The notes below the pieces were generated by a model. The model searched no databases, was not told where the DNA came from, and saw only the letters and a list, made by a program, of their open reading frames with translations. A stretch of DNA of 64,000 nucleotides from an uncultured Bacillota bacterium (GTDB lineage: Bacteria; Sysuimicrobiota; Sysuimicrobiia; Sysuimicrobiales; Segetimicrobiaceae): the NCBI GenBank assembly GCA_963804645.1, contig CAWDRG010000017.1, positions 768,001 to 832,000 of the forward strand, given 5' to 3'. Positions 57,098 to 64,000 of the stretch are shown here, one piece after another; position 1 is the stretch's first letter; every line of letters starts with the position of its first letter. A program made the position numbers and the translations under genes.

Positions 57098-58389
57098 CGC
57101 CGCTGTCCTCCCAATCGCCCGCCCGCCCCGACGTCAAGCCGCGGCGGGCGGTTGCGCCGCGGCCCTCGCAGGTGCCGCTCCAGCTCTCGGAGGCTGTTGA
57201 TGTTGTGCGCCGATGCGAACACATCCACGAACGGCAGCGCGGAGCTCATCCCCTGGGTCACCGGCTCGTAGCCGGGGCTCCCGAGCAGCGGGTTGAGCCA
57301 AATCACCTTCCCGGCCCGAGCCCGCAGGTCGCGCATCGCGCCCACGAGGATCTCGAGATCGCCGGTGTCCCACCCGTCGCTGCAGATCACCACGATCGTC
57401 CGCGGGTCGAGCAGCCGCCGGCCCCAGATTTCGTTGAACGTCCGGAGGCTCGCGCCGATCTTCGTGCCGCCGGACCAATCCGGGACCTGCCGCGATGCCT
57501 CCGCCAGCGCCCGCCGGATGTCGCGCTGATCGAGGGCGTCGGTCACGCGCGTCAGCGACGTGCTGAACAGAAACGATTCGACGCGGCCCACGGCGTCCTG
57601 GAGCGCGTAAATGAACTGGACGAGGAAGCGGCTGTAGATATCCATCGAGCCGCTGACGTCGCAGAGCAGCACGAGCTTCGCCTTCCGGATCTTGCGGCGC
57701 CGCCACAGCAGCTGGACGGGGTCGCCGCCGAACTGCAGGCTGCGGCGCATCGTGCGGCGGAGGTCGACGAGGGTGCCGCGCTTCGCCGAGCGCATGCGCC
57801 GCGAGAGGCGCGTGGCGATGCGGCGGGCGATCAGCAGGATGAGTTCCGAAATCGCGTCCAGGTCGTCGGCCGAAAACGCGCTGAAGTCCTTGCGCGCCCG
57901 GAGCTCGGCGGGGCTGTAGGCGGGCACGGACTGTTCCTCGTCGGGGGCCGCCTCCTCCCCGGACCAATCCGCGACGCTCATCTCCGTGCGCTCCTCGGCG
58001 CCCGGACTCGGCTCCCCCTCGGGATCTTCCCCTTCTTCAGGCTCGGACTGCGCGGGGGCGTCGGAGACGATCGGCTCGCTCCAGAAGCGCGCGAACTCCT
58101 CGTCGAACACCGGCAGCTCGCCCAACGACGACGCGAACACGGTCCGGAGCCCCAGACGCACTTCCTCGCGGTCCGAGACGTCGACCGCGGTCAGCGCGCG
58201 CAGCGCGTCGCCGATCTCGGAGGGGCCGACGCGGAGGCCGCGCCGGCGCAGCCGGCGCGCAAACAGCGTGACGTTCGCCGGCAGGTTGCCGGGCCGGACG
58301 CGCCTCCCGGCGCGGGGCGTCCGCCCCGCGTCAGCGGCCCTTGGGGAGTTGGGCGGCCAGGGACGCGATTCGTTCGGAGGTCCAGCCAT
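57094..58389 (-). CDS. coxE: CoxE-like VWA domain protein
   Basis: DLRRTMR, LCDVSGSM, WSGGTKIG, SDGWDTG, WLNPL. Confidence 0.9.
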   Translation of the reverse strand: MAGPPNESRPWPPNSPRAADAGRTPRAGRRVRPGNLPANVTLFARRLRRRGLRVGPSEIGDALRALTAVDVSDREEVRLGLRTVFASSLGELPVFDEEFARFWSEPIVSDAPAQSEPEEGEDPEGEPSPGAEERTEMSVADWSGEEAAPDEEQSVPAYSPAELRARKDFSAFSADDLDAISELILLIARRIATRLSRRMRSAKRGTLVDLRRTMRRSLQFGGDPVQLLWRRRKIRKAKLVLLCDVSGSMDIYSRFLVQFIYALQDAVGRVESFLFSTSLTRVTDALDQRDIRRALAEASRQVPDWSGGTKIGASLRTFNEIWGRRLLDPRTIVVICSDGWDTGDLEILVGAMRDLRARAGKVIWLNPLLGSPGYEPVTQGMSSALPFVDVFASAHNINSLRELERHLRGPRRNRPPRLDVGAGGRLGGQRR

Positions 58390-59305
58390 CGCTCGCACCC
58401 ATCCCGTTGACCGTGTCCAGGATCGGCCCCATGTACTGCGTGCGCACGCGCACGAGGTCTTCCTGATCTTTGCACAGGCAGCCGAGCGTCTCCTCGATCG
58501 CCTGCGGGTCGAGGTGGTCGCGGTGCAGCGCGAACAGCGCGGCGCTCCAGTCGAGCGTCTCCGCGACGCCGGGCACCTTGGAGAGGGGCACGGCGCGGAT
58601 CAGCTGCATGAACGCGCAGATCTGATTCGCCAGGCGGTCGTTGATCTGCGGCACCTTCGTGTGCACGATCGTCAGCTCTTTCTCGAACGGCGGGTAGTCG
58701 ATCCACAGATACAGGCAGCGGCGCCGCAGGGCGTCGCTCAACTCGCGGGTCCGGTTGCTGGTCAGCACGACGTACGGCACGTGCCGCGCGCGGATCGTGC
58801 CGATCTCGGGAATGCTGACCTGGAAGTCGGACAGCACCTCGAGCAAAAACGCCTCGAACTCCTCGTCCGCCCGATCCACCTCGTCGATCAGCAGCACCGG
58901 CGAGTGGTCGGCGGTGATCGCCTGCAGCAGCGGCCGCTTCAGCAAGAACGGCTCGCTGAAGATCTCGTGCTCTTTCTCCTCTACCGGCCGGTCGCTCATC
59001 TCCTCGAGCTTGATCCGCAGCATCTGCCGCTGATAGTTCCACTCGTACAGCGAAGTGTGCACGTCGAGCCCTTCGTAGCACTGGAGGCGAATCAGCTCCG
59101 TGTCGAGCGCGCGGGCCATCACCTTGGCGACCTCGGTCTTCCCCACGCCGGCCTCGCCCTCGATCAGCAGCGGCTTGTTCAGCACGATGCTGAGGTGCAC
59201 CGAGGTCGCGAGTTCGCGATCGGCGATGTACCCCTGCGAGTTAAGAATCTCGACGATCTGCGGAATGCCGCCAAACCCTGCGGAGCGATCCGAACCAGAC
59301 GCCAT
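58331..59305 (-). CDS. coxD: CoxD-like MoxR AAA+ ATPase
   Basis: EGEAGVGKT, RLQCYEGLD, YEWNY, LLIDEVDR, TSNRTREL.DALRRRC, PGVAETLDW. Confidence 0.93.
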   Translation of the reverse strand: MASGSDRSAGFGGIPQIVEILNSQGYIADRELATSVHLSIVLNKPLLIEGEAGVGKTEVAKVMARALDTELIRLQCYEGLDVHTSLYEWNYQRQMLRIKLEEMSDRPVEEKEHEIFSEPFLLKRPLLQAITADHSPVLLIDEVDRADEEFEAFLLEVLSDFQVSIPEIGTIRARHVPYVVLTSNRTRELSDALRRRCLYLWIDYPPFEKELTIVHTKVPQINDRLANQICAFMQLIRAVPLSKVPGVAETLDWSAALFALHRDHLDPQAIEETLGCLCKDQEDLVRVRTQYMGPILDTVNGMGASDGWTSERIASLAAQLPKGR

Positions 59306-59612
59306 CGGGGACCGTCACTCCTTCTCGGCAACTCGGGTGTGCTGCGGCACGCGGGACCGCGCGATCGAGCAGAACCATTCTATATTAGCATAAACGTCGG
59401 GGACGCCGGATCTCATCCGTCCCCGAGAGAGCCGGCGGCCGAGTCGACGGCGGCCGTCCCGGTGCACCTCCGCCAGGCTGGCCGGATCCCGCCGCTCCCG
59501 CGACGGCGCGCCGCGCCGATCTCCGGAACGGCGCGCAGGAAGCCGCCGTGAGTCGCGAGAACGTGCGTGCACAGGAACGATCACGCACGCGGTGGCGCAA
59601 AGGAGCCGAAGC

Positions 59613-60362
59613 ATGGAGTCGTCGAGCAAGATCGCGCTGGTGACGGGTGCCGGGAGCGGGGTCGGGCGTGCCGTGGCGCTCGCGCTCGCGCGGGAGGGCT
59701 ACGCCGTGGTGCTGGCCGGCCGCCGGAAGGAGGCGCTCGAGGACACCGCCCGCGCCGCGGCGTCTCGGACCCTGGTCGTGCCGACCGACGTGGGCGATCC
59801 CGCCTCGGTGGCCCGGGCGTTCGCCAGGACGAAGGCCGAGTTCGGCCGGCTCGACATCCTGTTCAACAACGCGGGCATCGGCGCGCCGGCCGTGCCGCTC
59901 GAGGAGCTGACGGTCGACCAGTGGAAGGCCGTCGTCGATACCAACCTGTCGGGCGCGTTCTACTGCACGCAGGAGGCGTTTCGGCTGATGAAGAGCCAGG
60001 ACCCGCGCGGCGGCCGCATCATCAACAACGGGTCGATCTCGGCGCACACCCCGCGCCCGAACTCCGCCCCGTACACGGCGACGAAGCACGGCATCGCCGG
60101 CCTCACGAAGTCGACCGCGCTCGACGGCCGGAAGTACCACATCGCGTGCGGACAGATCGACATCGGCAACGCCGCGACCGAGATGACGGCGCGCATGGAA
60201 AAGGGCGTGATGCAGGCGGACGGGTCGGTGCGGGTCGAGCCAAGAATGGACGCCGGCGACGTCGCGCGCGCCGTCGTGTACATGGCGAGCCTCCCGCTGG
60301 ACTCGAACGTCCTGTTCATGACCGTGATGGCGACCAAGATGCCGTTTGTGGGTCGCGGCTGA
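59613..60362 (+). CDS. Short-chain dehydrogenase/reductase
   Basis: [35 protein letters not shown]. Confidence 0.94.
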   Translation: MESSSKIALVTGAGSGVGRAVALALAREGYAVVLAGRRKEALEDTARAAASRTLVVPTDVGDPASVARAFARTKAEFGRLDILFNNAGIGAPAVPLEELTVDQWKAVVDTNLSGAFYCTQEAFRLMKSQDPRGGRIINNGSISAHTPRPNSAPYTATKHGIAGLTKSTALDGRKYHIACGQIDIGNAATEMTARMEKGVMQADGSVRVEPRMDAGDVARAVVYMASLPLDSNVLFMTVMATKMPFVGRG

Positions 60363-60515
60363 CCCCCGGCGTGCCGCCGGCACGGCGATGCCCGGTCTCC
60401 ACCAACCGCCCTCGGTCCGCGCCCCCACGGGCGTTCGCGATCGGCCTCGGATGACGCGGCCGGGCCAGCCCGGATCTCGGATCGACGCGGCCTCGCCCGC
60501 CGGCCCCCCGCGCCG

Positions 60516-61436
60516 ATGGAACTGATCCTCCTCGGGACCGGCTGCCCCCAGGTGGATCCGGACCGGCGGGGCCCGGCCAACCTCGTGCGCCACGACGGGG
60601 TCGAGATTCTGGTGGACTGCGGCTCGGGCGTGACGCAGCAGCTCGTGCGCGCCGGCTCGCGCGGCGCCGCCGTGGACGCGGTGCTGCTGACCCACCTGCA
60701 CTCGGACCACGTGATGGATCTCTACCAGCTCGTGCTCTCGTCGTGGCATCAAGGCCGCGACCGCCCGCAGCGGGTCTTCGGACCCCCCGGCACCCGGCGG
60801 TTCGTTGAAGATCTGCTGCAGGTCTGGCGGTCCGAGCGCGACCAGCGCATCGCGCACGAACGGCGCGCCTCGACGGCCGGCCTGGAGGTCGAGGTGACGG
60901 AGTTCGACGCGGGCCCGGTGCTCGTCGAGGGCGGGCTGACGGTCGGCGCGTTCGAGGTGGATCACCGTCCGTGGCGGCCGGCCTTCGGATTCGCGTTCGA
61001 GGCGGGCGGCCGCCGAGTGGTGCTGAGCGGCGACACCGTCCGGTGTGCCTCGCTCGTCGAGGCCAGCCGCGAGGCGGACGTGCTCGTGCAGGACTGCTTC
61101 ATCTCCCGGGAAATGCACCTCGGCCCCGGGCGCACCGCGGAGGGGCTTCGGAACGTCGCGAGCTACCACGCGCTGTCCTCCGACGTGGGGGGCATCGCCG
61201 CGGAGGCGCGGGTCCGGTGTTTGGTGCTCAACCATTTTGTCCCCACGCAGTTCGATCGAACGGCGCTGCTGGCGGAAGTCCGCGCGCACTACCGGGGGCC
61301 GATCATTCTCGGGGAAGACCTGATGCGCTTGGACATCGACACGCGCCAGCTTCGGGTTGCCGGGGCGTCGATCGGGCTGGGGGAGTCGGACGCCGTGGAG
61401 CCGCCCCGGACGCCACCGCACGGGCACGCGCCGTAG
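60516..61436 (+). CDS. MBL-fold hydrolase, RNase Z/AtsA-like
   Basis: LLGTG, VDCG, THLHSDH, SGDT, NHFVP. Confidence 0.88.
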   Translation: MELILLGTGCPQVDPDRRGPANLVRHDGVEILVDCGSGVTQQLVRAGSRGAAVDAVLLTHLHSDHVMDLYQLVLSSWHQGRDRPQRVFGPPGTRRFVEDLLQVWRSERDQRIAHERRASTAGLEVEVTEFDAGPVLVEGGLTVGAFEVDHRPWRPAFGFAFEAGGRRVVLSGDTVRCASLVEASREADVLVQDCFISREMHLGPGRTAEGLRNVASYHALSSDVGGIAAEARVRCLVLNHFVPTQFDRTALLAEVRAHYRGPIILGEDLMRLDIDTRQLRVAGASIGLGESDAVEPPRTPPHGHAP

Positions 61437-61468
61437 TCACGCGCGCGCGGATCGACGCAGACGGTGCG

Positions 61469-61903
61469 TCAGCGGGGATCGGCGAACCGCGACACCCGCA
61501 CCCGGCGCGCGCGGAGCCCGGCTGCCTCGGGAACCACGCGCGTCAGACGGGCGCCGTCGACGAGCCGAAGTCGGCGCGGGCGGCCGATCCGCTTCAGCAG
61601 CCGCTCCAACCTGAGCGCGGCCCCGCGGGTCGGACAGCGCCACACCGCGGCGAGCGCCCACGGACCGCGGCCGCGGGTGTAGCGCGCCGCCTGTCCCCGC
61701 CGGTGTGCCGCGAGGCGCCGCGCCGGATCGAGCGCGTAGCCGGCGTAGAATGTCCCGTCGCCACACCGCAGCAGGTAGGCGAAATACCCGCAGGCAATCT
61801 GCCGGCGTGAGCCGCGGGGCGTCGACCGTGGCCGGACCGGACGCGCGTCCTCACGGCCGGGTGCGCCGCCGGATTCGAACGTGCTCCGCGCGTCGTTGCC
61901 CAC
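61469..61903 (-). CDS. GIY-YIG nuclease (UPF0213-like); start uncertain
   Basis: AYLLRCGDGTFYAGY..D..RRL..H..G..ARYTRGRGP..A..LE..K at the C-terminal end of the long antisense ORF. Confidence 0.8.
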   Translation of the reverse strand: MGNDARSTFESGGAPGREDARPVRPRSTPRGSRRQIACGYFAYLLRCGDGTFYAGYALDPARRLAAHRRGQAARYTRGRGPWALAAVWRCPTRGAALRLERLLKRIGRPRRLRLVDGARLTRVVPEAAGLRARRVRVSRFADPR

Positions 61904-62023
61904 ACCCACCCCACCCCCGAGGCGCGGCGTCGGGTGCGCGCCGCGACGCGCTCGGCTTCGACGAGAGGGCACACGCTCCTCCCGAGGAATCGCGCCCCAA
62001 GCCATCGAACGGTACACTCCCCT

Positions 62024-64000
62024 ATGACGACACGCTACTTCGGCGCCCGCGTGACGCGCAACGAGGACCCCGCGCTCCTTCGCGGCCGCGGTCTGTTTGT
62101 GGACGACGTGCGCGTCGCCGGCGCCGCCCACGGCGCCGTGTTGCGCAGCCCCCACGCGCACGCGCGCATCATCGGGATCGACGCGCGCCGCGCGCGCGCC
62201 GCGCCGGGCGTGCTCGCAGTCTACACCCACGCCGATCTGGGCCCGCTCGGCGATCCGCTGCCAAAGCTCATCCCGCACCCGGCGCTGATCCACCACAAGA
62301 CCCAGTGCGCACTCGCGCCCGACACCGTCCGCTACGTCGGCGAACCGGTGGCATTCGTGGTCGCGGAGGACCGGTACGCCGCCGAGGACGCGTGCGATCT
62401 GATCACCGTGACGTACGAGCCGCTGCCGGTCGTGGCGACGCTCGAAGCGGCGGTCGCCGCGGGGGCGCCGCGGGTGCACGAGGATCTCGACACGAACGTC
62501 TGCGCGCACTACACGCAGCGCGTCGGCCACGTCGAGGATGCGTTTGCCCGCGCGCCGCACCGGTTCGGAGCGCGGTTCGTCGTCGACCGCGGCGCCTCGT
62601 GCCCGATCGAGACGCGCGGGGTGGTCGCCGCGTGGGACGCGCGCGCGCACCACCTCGACGTCTGGGACAGCACCCAGGCACCGATTCCGATCCGCAACGG
62701 CCTCGCCCGACTCCTCGGCCTGCCGGAGCAGCACGTCCGCGTCGTCGCGCCGGACGTGGGCGGCGGCTTTGGGCCGAAGATCATGATGTTTTATCCCGAG
62801 GAGGTGCTCGTGCCGTTCGCTGCCATGCGGCTCGGGCGGCCGGTCAAGTGGATCGAAGACCGCCGCGAGCATCTCGTCGCGACGAACCAGGAGCGCGAGC
62901 AAATCCACGACGCCGAGATCGCCGTCGACGCGGACGGACGGATCCTCGGCGTCCGCACGGTGTTTCTCTACGACTCGGGCGCCTACATCCCGTACGGCCT
63001 CATCGTCCCCATCGTCGCCTCGACGACGTTGCCCGGCCCCTACCGGGTCCCGAATTACCACTGCGAGTTTCGCGCCCTGTTCACGAACAAGACGACGGTC
63101 AGCCCGTACCGTGGCGCCGGACGCCCCCACGGCGTGTTTGTGATGGAGCGCCTGCTCGACCGCGTCGCGGAGGAGCTCGGCGTGGACCGCGCCGAGGTGC
63201 GGCGGCGCAATTTCATCCAGCCCGATGAATTCCCCTACGACGTGGGCCTCATCTACCAAGACAACGCGCCGCTCCGGTACGACAGCGGGGACTACCCGGC
63301 GTGCTTCGCCCGCGCGCTCGAGCTGATCGGGTATCGCGACTGGCCTGCGCGCCAGGCACAGGCGCGCGCGGACGGTCGGGCGTTGGGATGCGGGGTCGCC
63401 TGCTACGTCGAGGGCACCGGCATCGGACCCTACGAGGGCGCCCGCATCACCGTCGAACCGTCCGGCCGCGTGTTCGTGGCCACCGGCGTCGGGACGCAGG
63501 GCCAGGGACACATGACGTCGTTCGCCCAGATCGCCGCCGACGCGCTCGGCGTGTCGCCGCGCGACGTCACGGTGCACACCGGCGACACCGCGTTGTTCGG
63601 GTGGGGCACCGGCACCTTCGCGAGCCGCGCCGCGACGGTCGCCGGGAACGCGGTGGCCCTCGCGGCCGGCGCGGTCCGGGACAAGACCCGGCTGGTGGCG
63701 GCCTCGCTCCTCGAGGTCCTCCCAGAGGAAGTCGAACTCGCGGACGGCAGGGCGTTCGTCCGCGGCGTGCCGGCGCGCGCGCTTCCGCTGGGGGAGGTCG
63801 CCCAGGCGGCGAACCCGCTGCGCTTCGCCATGCCGGAGGCGTGGGAGGGCCCGGGCCTCGAAGCGGTGCGATACTTCGCGCCGCCGCAGGGCACCTTCAG
63901 CAACGGCGTCCACGCCTGCGTGGTCGAGGTGGACCTCGAGACCGCGATGCTCACGATCTCCCGGTACGTCGTCGTCCACGACTGCGGCCGCGTGATCAAC
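62024..64000 (+). CDS. Xanthine-oxidase-family molybdopterin large subunit (CoxL/CutL form II-like), 3' truncated; absent from the ORF track
   Basis: ATG 62024 gives MTTRYFGARVTRNEDPALLRGRG..RSPHAHARI..VRYVGEPVA..DVGGGFGPK..SPYRGAGRP..QGQGH.T..GTFASR..VHDCG; open to the window end. Confidence 0.92.
   Translation, partial: MTTRYFGARVTRNEDPALLRGRGLFVDDVRVAGAAHGAVLRSPHAHARIIGIDARRARAAPGVLAVYTHADLGPLGDPLPKLIPHPALIHHKTQCALAPDTVRYVGEPVAFVVAEDRYAAEDACDLITVTYEPLPVVATLEAAVAAGAPRVHEDLDTNVCAHYTQRVGHVEDAFARAPHRFGARFVVDRGASCPIETRGVVAAWDARAHHLDVWDSTQAPIPIRNGLARLLGLPEQHVRVVAPDVGGGFGPKIMMFYPEEVLVPFAAMRLGRPVKWIEDRREHLVATNQEREQIHDAEIAVDADGRILGVRTVFLYDSGAYIPYGLIVPIVASTTLPGPYRVPNYHCEFRALFTNKTTVSPYRGAGRPHGVFVMERLLDRVAEELGVDRAEVRRRNFIQPDEFPYDVGLIYQDNAPLRYDSGDYPACFARALELIGYRDWPARQAQARADGRALGCGVACYVEGTGIGPYEGARITVEPSGRVFVATGVGTQGQGHMTSFAQIAADALGVSPRDVTVHTGDTALFGWGTGTFASRAATVAGNAVALAAGAVRDKTRLVAASLLEVLPEEVELADGRAFVRGVPARALPLGEVAQAANPLRFAMPEAWEGPGLEAVRYFAPPQGTFSNGVHACVVEVDLETAMLTISRYVVVHDCGRVIN

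Noticed and set aside
59395..59500. SAM-type riboswitch upstream of the SDR gene
   Set aside because: Only superficial resemblance (CTCATC..GAGAG..GGTGC); the core GCAACC and kink-turn elements were not found.
61469..63979. 836-aa minus-strand ORF as a large GIY-YIG fusion
   Set aside because: Most of it is the antisense shadow of the coxL-like gene; only the last ~110-145 codons encode the nuclease.
62024..64000. Genuine form I aerobic CO dehydrogenase
   Set aside because: The active-site loop is PYRGAGR and lacks the Cu-ligating Cys motif.

Overview
High-GC bacterial chromosomal segment, mostly housekeeping and metabolic. The assembly appears to carry single-base indel errors. Content in order: MmgE/PrpD protein and a split class I fumarase-type hydratase; a 2-oxoacid:ferredoxin oxidoreductase; HU; Maf; creatininase and an M24 hydrolase; three orphan family-5 peptide-binding proteins; tRNA-Phe and tRNA-Asp; a selenocysteine-containing NAD-linked formate dehydrogenase operon; csoR-copA-copZ; ggt; rpiA; and a molybdenum-cofactor/Cox cluster (moeA-mobB fusion, fdhD, mocA, xdhC, coxE, coxD, and a form II-type coxL-like gene running off the right end). 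The most interesting part is ~2.9-13.4 kb. A secreted precursor carrying 7 full and 1 partial tandem copies of an 18-aa unit (LVPAGDDNGGSSVYGVPP) sits directly upstream of an RRNPP-like HTH-TPR regulator. Divergent from it are two membrane-anchored HD-GYP genes (the second fused to a complete MFS transporter) and an OppA/DppA-like binding protein, followed by a convergent paralogous HTH-TPR regulator. A tyrosine-integrase relic lies in the spacer. I interpret this as a candidate multi-copy peptide signalling cassette linked to cyclic-dinucleotide turnover; that is inference from gene context and motifs. All calls come from reading the sequence and recalling family motifs; no database searches were run.
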